From: Candidatus Brocadia sp.
Lineage (GTDB): Bacteria > Planctomycetota > Brocadiia > Brocadiales > Brocadiaceae
NCBI GenBank assembly: GCA_021650915.1
Contig: CP091279.1
Coordinates: 2,610,001 to 2,642,000, forward strand
Length of the DNA stretch: 32,000 nt
Direction: 5' to 3'
Shown here: piece by piece, positions 18,902 through 25,585 of the stretch
How positions within the stretch are numbered: the first letter of the stretch is position 1
Layout of the letters: every line of letters begins with the position of its first letter
Translations under genes and position numbers: made by a program
Notes under the pieces: generated by a model
What the model was told of the DNA's origin: nothing
What the model saw: the letters and a program-made list of their open reading frames with translations, nothing else
The model's database searches: none

Positions 18902-19745
18902 TCCCTTGCGGCCTTTTAATTATCAAAATAATCAAGAGCAGTCCGTATATCATCTGCCTGAGGGGAGCGTCTACGGAGCCCGGCATGCCGAGAAACCTCA
19001 GCATCTCCGGGAAGATAACGAGGATCAATGCGCCGAGAAAAGAACCTTTCATACTTCCCATACCTCCAAAAACAACCATTAAAAGCACCGCAATCGATTC
19101 CATCGGCGTAAAGCTCGAAGGGTCTATGAAGGTAATGTAGTGCGCATAGAGGCTCCCTGCAATACCGGCAAAGAATGCCCCTATAACAAAGACGAGGAGC
19201 TTGTATTTATTAATATCCTTTCCCATGGAAAGGCTCGCCAGCTCGTCCTCTCTAATGCTTTTCAGGATTCTCCCGAATGGGGAATGCGCAATCCTGTTAA
19301 TGATACATGGCGTTATAAAAACGAAAACGATGACCAACATCAAATACGTCCAAACCGCCTGAATCTCAAATCCGGGGAGAGAGAACCCTGGTATGCCCGG
19401 CAAACCCATGGGTCCCCTTGTCAAGTCGACCCAGTTTTTCGATACCGCATAGATAATCACTCCCAGTCCAAAGGTGGCAAGGGCAAGGTAGTCCCCTTTC
19501 AGTCGTATGGATGCAAATCCGACAACGAGACCTGAGAGAGACGCAATGCAAGCCCCGGAGACAAGACCCAGCCAGGGAGAAATCCCATAATTCAGGGCGA
19601 GCAGGCTTGATGCATAGGCGCCAACACAGGCAAAGGCAATATGCCCCAACGACGGCAGCCCCGTAAAGCCAACGATAAGGTTGAGGCCGAGGGTTAGAAT
19701 GATGTAAATACCTGCAATGACGAGTATGTGAAGGAAATATTCCAT
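18879..19745 (-). CDS. livM: branched-chain amino acid ABC transporter permease LivM
   Basis: 288 aa, polytopic, with LNLIVGFTGLPSLGHIAFACVGAYASS. Confidence 0.9.
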   Translation of the reverse strand: MEYFLHILVIAGIYIILTLGLNLIVGFTGLPSLGHIAFACVGAYASSLLALNYGISPWLGLVSGACIASLSGLVVGFASIRLKGDYLALATFGLGVIIYAVSKNWVDLTRGPMGLPGIPGFSLPGFEIQAVWTYLMLVIVFVFITPCIINRIAHSPFGRILKSIREDELASLSMGKDINKYKLLVFVIGAFFAGIAGSLYAHYITFIDPSSFTPMESIAVLLMVVFGGMGSMKGSFLGALILVIFPEMLRFLGMPGSVDAPLRQMIYGLLLIILIIKRPQGIVGKYRF

Positions 19746-19772
19746 GAGTTAGTTGTTGGTTGTTAGCTACGG
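19746..19772. repeat. CAACNAA heptamer array (left inverted end of the 4HB cassette)
   Basis: GAGTTAGTTGTTGGTTGTTAGCTACGG. Positions 19752..19766 are the exact reverse complement of 20012..20026. The array abuts the livM start codon. Confidence 0.8.
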
Positions 19773-20004
19773 CTTTATCATTGAGAGAATTAATGAGTCC
19801 TTGAAGGAGTCTGCCAATTTCAGCGATATTCAGAGGGATTGAGGTTGTAGCCTTTCTTACCTGAGAGGTAAGACCATAAACTTCGGTTTTGGGAAAGCTT
19901 TTACTTTTTTGATAAACTAATTCACAGAAAACCATTGCCTTCTTCCAAACTTCAAGCTTTTCAAATCTATACACAAAAACCCCTTTCCCGAATACTTCCA
20001 ACAA
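19765..20004 (-). pseudogene. truncated four-helix-bundle protein gene (23S rRNA intervening-sequence protein family)
   Basis: (V)YRFEKLEVWKKAMVFCELVYQKSKSFPKTEVYGLTSQVRKATTSIPLNIAE is the family N-terminal half. It jumps directly to IGRLLQGLINSL, the family C-terminus, so about 35-40 internal residues are missing. There is no ATG, only TTG 20004 or GTG 19974. The track ORF 19366..20004 continues out of frame into livM. Confidence 0.7.
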
Positions 20005-20035
20005 CTAACAACTAACAACCAACAACCAAAATCAG
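20001..20035. repeat. CAACNAA heptamer array (right inverted end of the 4HB cassette)
   Basis: CAACTAA CAACTAA CAACCAA CAACCAA AAT are tandem heptamers. They supply the last codons and the stop of the truncated livH. Confidence 0.8.
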
Positions 20036-20461
20036 TATCTGAATATCCGTTATAACAGCCCCCAGAATTTGGTGGCCTTCCTTTACCGTCCCTGTCCTTA
20101 AGGTAAGTATCTGCGCTCCATAAATAAGCTGGAGCAGGTTTTGGACGAAGATAAATACACCAAAGGACGCTATGAGAAAAACCAGGGCAGGTGCATTGCT
20201 TTTCCGCAAAGGGAGATAAACAGCCCTGTCGATGACAATGCCAAGCAAGGCGGAAAATGTGGAGGCAAGAAAGAATGAGATGATCGGATTTATCCCAAGA
20301 GATATGGAAAGGCTATAGGCACAATAAGCGCCCGCCGTATAAACGATACCGTGTGCGAAGTGAAAAAATCGGACAGTTTTATAGATAATGGTAAAGCCGA
20401 GGGCGATAAGGGCATAAATAGAACCGGCGATAATGCCGTTTAAAAAGAGTTGGTTAAACAA
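20012..20461 (-). pseudogene. livH: branched-chain amino acid ABC transporter permease LivH, N-terminal half only
   Basis: The 149 aa begin MFNQLFLNGIIAGSIYALIALGFTIIYKTVRFFHFAHG. LivH proteins are about 290-300 aa. This ORF ends (ILILVVGC*) inside the heptamer array, and no C-terminal half follows. Confidence 0.75.
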
Positions 20462-20490
20462 TCAATCATCCTGTTTAAGATTCTTCAAAT

Positions 20491-20727
20491 TCAAGTCGTC
20501 TGACCCACAATTTCCCGAACATGCAATATTTCCTTTTTACTCATCAGCCTGATGTCCTTTGAAGTAAGGGTAAGGACTGCAATTGTTCTTCCCTCAGCAG
20601 TCACAAATTCAACCTCAAAGGCATTGCCGTCGCTATAGCAATGCACCACCGCCCCTATATCACCCTGTTTTAAGCCATATTCATCAATGTCATGCCTCAA
20701 AACAACGGTATCTAATTCTCTAATCAT
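20491..20727 (-). CDS. DUF4926-family small protein
   Basis: MIRELDTVVLRHDIDEYGLKQGDIGAVVHCYSDGNAFEVEFVTAEGRTIAVLTL matches my memory of DUF4926. Confidence 0.75.
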   Translation of the reverse strand: MIRELDTVVLRHDIDEYGLKQGDIGAVVHCYSDGNAFEVEFVTAEGRTIAVLTLTSKDIRLMSKKEILHVREIVGQTT

Positions 20728-20752
20728 AATACTTTCTCCTTATTAAGATTGC

Positions 20753-21097
20753 CTATATCGGATAAGCGGTCACAAAACGCGGACAACCCTGATCCCTATC
20801 AATAATCCAGACTGTCCGCATTTTAACGGATTCGCCTGCCGCTGTTTGAAGCAATCCATCAATAATATATTTTACACCATGTGACGACAAAATCGTCTCC
20901 TTTATATCCTGAGAATGGGCAATATTTATCAACCCCTGCTTGAGCAGGTGAGTATTTGTGTCGTTAAAACCAACAGAGCGTAAGAATTTAGCCTTAGATT
21001 TACCAACTGAATGTGTTTCTGACAGCAAATAGTCCTTCAGTTTTGAAATGGGAATATAGGCTTTTTCTCTGTTAGGGAGTTGCATCGCCATCTGCAA
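20753..21097 (-). CDS. DUF6883-family protein
   Basis: KLKDYLLSETHSVGKSKAKFLRSVGF...GVKYIIDGLLQTAAGESVKMRTVWIIDRDQGCPRFVTAYP matches my memory of DUF6883. Confidence 0.7.
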   Translation of the reverse strand: MQMAMQLPNREKAYIPISKLKDYLLSETHSVGKSKAKFLRSVGFNDTNTHLLKQGLINIAHSQDIKETILSSHGVKYIIDGLLQTAAGESVKMRTVWIIDRDQGCPRFVTAYPI

Positions 21098-21118
21098 ATC
21101 TCAATACTAAGGCATTTG

Positions 21119-21364
21119 TCATTTTGTAACACCATAAAGATAATGGTCATGATGCTCGGCAAGGTCTTCTATTCCAGTTTCTATAGCGATATTTTTTAAA
21201 TCCCAAAGGGGGGCTTTCTCCTTTTTGGCTATCGCCCTTTTTTTACCTTTTTTCTTACCTGCCTTTAAATTTTTAATTACTTCGAGTAATTCTGGTATAT
21301 CTTCGTCAAGAACATCCTGTAATTCTTTGATAATTTCATCTTTGTATTTAATTTGTTGGGACAT
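21119..21364 (-). CDS. hypothetical 81-aa protein with a Lys-rich centre and a C-terminal DLAEHHDHYLYG motif, possibly antitoxin-like
   Basis: An intact ORF, same strand, 21 nt upstream of the DUF6883 gene. I do not recognise a family with any confidence. Confidence 0.45.
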   Translation of the reverse strand: MSQQIKYKDEIIKELQDVLDEDIPELLEVIKNLKAGKKKGKKRAIAKKEKAPLWDLKNIAIETGIEDLAEHHDHYLYGVTK

Positions 21365-21424
21365 TTTTCATCCAATCTATAAAAACCAGTTTAACAAAAC
21401 CTAAACTCTAATATCTAATCTTAA

Positions 21425-21574
21425 TCAGCCATAAAGAAATTTTCCCTTTTTGAATATTTTGTTTACAAAAGGATCGCCAAGGGCAATGCGTTCTTCAACC
21501 TCTTCCGGCTTGTATTTTCTAACAAGTTGGTTTTTGATGTTTTCTATCTCTTTCAAAGCAACGTCTTTTTTCAT
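21425..21574 (-). pseudogene. 49-aa ORF, probably an internally deleted nucleotidyltransferase remnant
   Basis: Found by hand because it is below the track cutoff: MKKDVALKEIENIKNQLVRKYKPEEVEERIALGDPFVNKIFKKGKFLYG*. The LVRKYKPEEV segment resembles LIEKYEPEKIVLFGS of the NTase remnant at 25267..25408. The 3' 58 nt are duplicated at 25040..25097. Confidence 0.35.
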
Positions 21575-21914
21575 TTGAATTTTGAATAATCCCACATCTC
21601 GACTTCCAGGAAATTGAGATGTTTAAGCATCCTCTGTTTTAGTTCTCTCTCAAATTGTCTCCTCTCAAGGAAGTCATCAAAGATCATCTCCCTGAAATCC
21701 TCTGCCTCGCGCGTCACAACCTCCATAAAATCAAGTTCATACTCTATAGGATGCCTTTTTTCAGGATAAAAATAAACCGCTATGCGATATCCGACAGCTT
21801 TGTCGCAGCGCCGCCTCTTGCCTGAGAACCGAATAAAAAGGCAAAGGCGACACCCTTGCGGCTTTCAAAGTAGCGTTTCAAAGCTTCTATGTCACGAACG
21901 GCAATCATTTTCAT
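21571..21914 (-). pseudogene. MNT-type nucleotidyltransferase, frameshifted
   Basis: MKMIAVRDIEALKRYFESRKGVAFAFLFGSQARGGAATKLSDIA* stops at 21780. The next frame continues IAVYFYPEKRHPIEYELDFMEVVTREAEDF... Restoring one nucleotide gives GSxARG...SDIDIAVYF, the NTase motif. Confidence 0.6.
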
Positions 21915-21953
21915 GTTTAACACCCCCTAAACCTGTCATTTCGTGCATTCTTT

Positions 21954-22205
21954 TTACAAATGCCCAACTGGTATAGTTTCTGTCCTTTCAGGCTGCCGTC
22001 TTCCACTGGCAATCTCTTCAACTCCTTGCAAAATAGAAGAATGATAATACCGGTAGCCGCACAGGTTGCACACGCCAACGGGCACGTCTTCAAGCATAAT
22101 AAAGCCCGTTTTATGCTTAAAAACTTCCTGTTTTACCAATCGTTCTTTAACAATACCTTCACAATATTCACATTTATAACCGTACATAATTTGCCCTTCT
22201 TCCAT
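21954..22205 (-). CDS. YgiT-type zinc-finger protein (MqsA-N-like antitoxin candidate)
   Basis: CEYCEG...VCNLCGYRYY gives two CxxC pairs. The track starts at TTG 22214; ATG 22205 or ATG 22187 are more likely. Confidence 0.7.
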   Translation of the reverse strand: MEEGQIMYGYKCEYCEGIVKERLVKQEVFKHKTGFIMLEDVPVGVCNLCGYRYYHSSILQGVEEIASGRRQPERTETIPVGHL

Positions 22206-22210
22206 TAAAT

Positions 22211-22495
22211 TCAATTAATTTTGTATACCGTAATAATCAGAAAAGTCCCTGTTTCTTTGAGTCTCCCTACAACTTCTATTGGTGTAGATTGATCGGTACC
22301 TACACCATTGATTATAAATTTAATACCACGCGGATCATCTTTTTCTTTCCTTATAACTTTACCGCTTAAAATAGTGCTTTCAACGTCATAAATTACAAGT
22401 TTATCCTCTGCCATTTCCTCAACGGCATGATACGTTAAGTCATAGTTACCAGATCTAATTGCATTACGTATTTTATCAATTACCTGTCGACTCAT
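22211..22495 (-). CDS. DUF4258-family protein (toxin candidate paired with the YgiT zinc finger)
   Basis: 94 aa with IRSGNYDLTYHAVEEMAEDKL...ILSGKVI.KEKDDPRG.KF.I.G...IEVVGRL...LIITVY, DUF4258-like from memory. It overlaps the downstream zinc-finger ORF. Confidence 0.7.
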   Translation of the reverse strand: MSRQVIDKIRNAIRSGNYDLTYHAVEEMAEDKLVIYDVESTILSGKVIRKEKDDPRGIKFIINGVGTDQSTPIEVVGRLKETGTFLIITVYKIN

Positions 22496-22559
22496 TATTT
22501 TTTCTATAATAAGCCTTCAAAACTATATAACATCTCATCACATAAAATATATTGTGAAT

Positions 22560-22646
22560 TCATTTATTAAAAATCTCACGAGATGCCACTTTCCAACCCA
22601 GCGCTGAAACAAATACATTGGTATCAGGCACTACCTTCTTGCCCAT
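22560..22646 (-). pseudogene. PIN-domain toxin remnant (28 codons)
   Basis: Hand translation gives MGKKVVPDTNVFVSALGWKVASREIFNK*, the N-terminus of TIGR00305-type PIN toxins. Only short out-of-frame pieces follow before the DUF4258 gene. Confidence 0.55.
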
Positions 22647-22725
22647 TTAACCCGACTTTCGCAATTCGAGGGGTATACAACCCGCTAAGCCAGGAAAATC
22701 AAGGGGTCATGTAAAAAGGTCGGCA

Positions 22726-24618
22726 CTACAGGCCGACCTGCCCGGATACGTAAACCTTGGGCGGCGGTTGTTCAGGAAGCGTTAATCCCAACTGCGCCAA
22801 AAGGAGTAAAACGTCCTTCTCCGGCTGGGTATAACGGCTCATGACAATATGACGGCCATCCGTGGTCGGTAAATGAACGTCTATCATTTGAATGCCCGAC
22901 AGTTTTTCCAAAATCGCTTCAGACGTCAGCCCTCCGGCCCTCCCCCGCGCAAGATTGCGCAGTGTCGTGTGGAGACAAAAAGCCAAAAAGGAAACAAAGA
23001 TATGGGCTTCAATTCTCCGTTCCAATTGATGCCATAGGGGGCGGACGGAAAGAGACCCCTTCAAGTCCTTAAATGCCTGTTCTATCCGCGTCAACAGCAA
23101 ATAATTTTCCCAGACGGTTTCTGGCGCGGTGGCCTGCATGTTGGAACGAAGCAAATAACGCCCCTCGCGCCGATACGCCTGCCTCAGGCGTTCCCGATCC
23201 AAACTGAACCGGAACGTATTCTCATTGACCGGTTCCTGCGGTTTGGGAATGGAGATCGTGACCAGCCTGTAGTCTCGTCCGGCTTCTCTCTTTAACGCGC
23301 CAATATGCATGAGCAGGTCATCGTGCGTGAGGGCTTTTCGATTGCGAAGTTCGCGCAAGCCCACCCACAGACGTCTGAGTCTGCGCCGACGCATGGCACG
23401 CTCCTTAGACACCCGGTCATGGCTTTCCACGTAAACGTAAAACTCCGATTCCTGCCGAAGAACTTTCACGCGGACGCTCTCCCTCGCCCGCATCCAGGTT
23501 TGTTCGAGTAGCGGTTTTTCTACTCTCGTCAAATGCCCCTTCGGAGTCCCAACCAAATAATCAATCCCGCGCTCACGCATCTTTTCCAACATCTCCTCCG
23601 TTGGAATACCGCGATCCATAAGCCAGGTGCGCCGGAATTTCCCATACTGCTTTTCAATCCGATCCAGTCGGAGGTGGGTCACTTTCAAAATACGTACTCG
23701 TCAAATCATACAGCAGTACATCGTACTTCGCCCCAAAGAGCTTGCCCCACTTCTCCTTTAAATAGGCAAACAGCTCGTCCCGATGCTCAAGCAACAAATC
23801 CAAACAACGATACGCCTTGTCCTTCTGCGCCAGGGAATAATCCTCTCCCAGCAGATCGCCTGTTGCGCTCCGCACGTACCACTCACGGTGAAAACGAAAT
23901 TCGCTTCCCGGATCGATCAACCGGTAACAGACAAGCGCCTTCAGTATATTCAACCAGCTTGTCCCCTTCCGGCTTGACGGCAGACGCATCCTCCAGAATG
24001 TGTCCAGTTCCAGCATATTCCATAGCGCGGCACAGCCGCAACCAAATTTCCTTTATGAAAGCGGGGAGATTGCTTCGGAAAAGGCCCTCGCAATGACACC
24101 GGCCATGCACTTTGATGGTACACTGCATGTTGTCATTGCGAGTGAAGCGAAGCAATCTTTCACTCATAAAAAACGGTACCTCCTGAAAGGGGTTTGTGAA
24201 AAAACTCACAGAAAAAAGAAGTTTTTATACAGTAATACTATACATACAATCCCAACCAGCTTGCTCCCCACTCCCGCGGATGGCGCAGCTCTATTTTGTC
24301 CAACCGCACCCGAACGGTCTCACCATCCGGTATCGGCATGGCTTCCCGGTCATCCGGAAACAATGCCAGTTGTCTTGGCCTGGGTTCTTTACCCGACACC
24401 GCCTCTATCGTCCGAACCCACCCAGCCCGTTGATTGTCATTGAGTTCTCCCAAAGAGAGAACCTGCCGCTGCACCACCCTTCTTCCGCTGACCCGGCGGT
24501 TCTCTACCATGCTCCAATAACGGTGGGTTTTTCCATCTTTCGTTCGTGTCTTTTCCCGGAGAAGCATGCGAGCATTTTCGCACTTCCTCCTGCATGCGTC
24601 AAGAGGGTAGGTCGGCAC
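22726..24618 (-). pseudogene. IS1634-family DDE transposase in three pieces
   Basis: The pieces are 24238..24618 (KDGKTHRYWSMVENRRV...), 23654..24016 (LELDTFW...LLYDLTSTYFE) and 22726..23688 (RIEKQYGKFRRTWLMDRGI...RPLWHQLERRIEAHIFVSFLAF). They are separated by a 218-bp insertion and by a frameshift with apparent loss of the segment between YFE and the DRG region. Confidence 0.8.
24023..24240. mobile_element. 218-bp non-autonomous insertion nested in the transposase gene (hairpin-rich, MITE-like)
   Basis: Deleting 24023..24240 joins ...WLGLYV to WNMLELDTFW in frame. TA is present at both junctions. An internal inverted repeat spans 24068..24098 and 24131..24157 (GATTGCTTCG..CTCGCAATGACA / TGTCATTGCGAG..CGAAGCAATC). 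The element's ends recur at 29799..29891. Confidence 0.7.
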
Positions 24619-24721
24619 TACAAGCCGTTTTGAAAATTCACCCCTTGAATATCACGGGTTTCCTGGCGACTCTTGCCCAAAAATAAACTTTTTTGGGCGC
24701 GAATTGCGAAAGTCGGGTTAA

Positions 24722-24956
24722 TAGCCTCGGCCACCACATCTTCCCTTAGCCCTTCCTTTTTTAAATCGTTTCTCTGTTTTTTCAGAGAGGCTCTTAAAAC
24801 GTTCAGAGAGAGAAGGCCTCTGAACCTTTTTAATCACAAGATATCTTTCCCACTGAACAAAAAAAGCTCATCATCAAGCTTCAAGCTCAATGACTTTTTT
24901 GTCTCTTTGAGAAGTTTTGAATCACCTGTTCTATCTAAGGTGAAAAGTTTATCCAT
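24722..24956 (-). pseudogene. antitoxin-like gene remnant upstream of the PIN remnant
   Basis: MDKLFTLDRTGDSKLLKETKKSLSLKLDDELFLFSGKDIL* stops early. The protein-like continuation LVIKKVQRPSLSERFKSLSEKTEKRFKK is in another frame, and the last part ...EGLREDVVAEAI returns to the first frame. Two frameshifts are implied. Confidence 0.4.
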
Positions 24957-25039
24957 TTCTTTCTCCCGCAATTCATTGCTTTCTTTTTGCTAAAGTCTAC
25001 TGTCTATGGTCTGTTTGTCCGAAGCCTATTAATTGGTCA

Positions 25040-25097
25040 TCCATAAAGAATCTTTCCCTTTTTGAATATTTTGTTTACAAAAGGATCGCCAAGGGCA
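25040..25097. repeat. 58-nt duplicate of 21429..21486 (3' end of the 49-aa ORF)
   Basis: Same orientation, 2 mismatches in 58 by my count. Confidence 0.8.
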
Positions 25098-25112
25098 AGG
25101 AGTTCTCAGCCG

Positions 25113-25133
25113 CTAACAACGAACAACCAAAAT
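25113..25133. repeat. solo copy of the CAACNAA heptamer array
   Basis: CTAACAACGAACAACCAAAAT against CTAACAACCAACAACCAAAAT at 20012..20032, one mismatch in 21. Confidence 0.75.
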
Positions 25134-25171
25134 TTAACAACCCAACCCGAACGAGTCGGAAAAGAAATACG

Positions 25172-25200
25172 GTAGGGGTAGGTTTCAAACCTGCCCCTAC
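25172..25200. repeat. 29-nt near-perfect palindrome (family C)
   Basis: GTAGGGGTAGGTTT C AAACCTGCCCCTAC has 14-nt arms with one G-T position. Confidence 0.7.
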
Positions 25201-25266
25201 ACAGTGTGAAAAAAACATTTTTGCCGAAAATGTCAAAATATTTTTTATTAGACACCATACGAGTCC

Positions 25267-25408
25267 TCAGTCCAAAGTCCCTGGTCTACCGTCTACTTTT
25301 CCACCCCGAGCCGCTGAGCCAAAAAGGACAATCTTTCTCCGGCTCGTATTTTTCAATAAGCCAGGCTGCGAGGGTGTTGAGTTGTTTTAAAAGGGTTATT
25401 TTATCCAT
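25267..25408 (-). pseudogene. second MNT-type nucleotidyltransferase remnant, frameshifted
   Basis: Hand translation gives MDKITLLKQLNTLAAWLIEKYEPEK, then in the +1 frame KIVLFGSAARGGKVDGRPGTLD*. The GSxxRG NTase motif is present but the coding is broken. Confidence 0.5.
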
Positions 25409-25455
25409 AGTTACTGTGTCTTTTAATCCCCTGCTATCTTTTTCTCAAGATACGC

Positions 25456-25525
25456 CAAGGAAATCCTCAAAGATCATTTCCCTGCAATCCCCTGCCTCGC
25501 GCGTCACAAACTCCATGCAATCAAG
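25456..25525. repeat. 70-nt duplicate of 21666..21735
   Basis: Same orientation, about 8 mismatches in 70. It encodes DCMEFVTREAGDCREMIFEDFL, against DFMEVVTREAEDFREMIFDDFL in the first copy. Confidence 0.75.
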
Positions 25526-25585
25526 ATAAAGGCCCCCGTCATTTATTGTAAGGGGAATGCCCCTGATTGCGCTTGCAGGCACGCA

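Larger units (their letters stand above)
22647..24721 (-). mobile_element. IS1634/IS4-like insertion sequence, inactive
   Basis: The 22-nt terminal inverted repeats are perfect: TTAACCCGACTTTCGCAATTCG at 22647..22668 and its reverse complement at 24700..24721. The outermost TTAA may instead be a target duplication. The interior encodes a broken transposase. Confidence 0.85.

Noticed and set aside
19366-20004. 212-aa ORF read as one protein
   Set aside because: Only the first ~80 residues are four-helix-bundle-like. The rest is an out-of-frame read through the livM coding region, and livM is clearly the real gene there.
23883-24443. ORFs 23883..24209 (-), 24000..24443 (+) and 24196..24633 (+) across the transposase break
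   Set aside because: They translate the nested hairpin element (the LLRFTRNDN and CHCEG peptides) or the antisense of the transposase, so they are artefacts of the palindromic repeat.
24673-24993. 106-aa plus-strand ORF
   Set aside because: It is Ser/Phe/Leu-rich, low in complexity, and antisense to the antitoxin-like remnant. It also begins inside the IS terminal repeat.
25206-25529. 107-aa plus-strand ORF
   Set aside because: It is antisense to the second nucleotidyltransferase remnant and to the duplicated 70-nt block, and it has no motifs.
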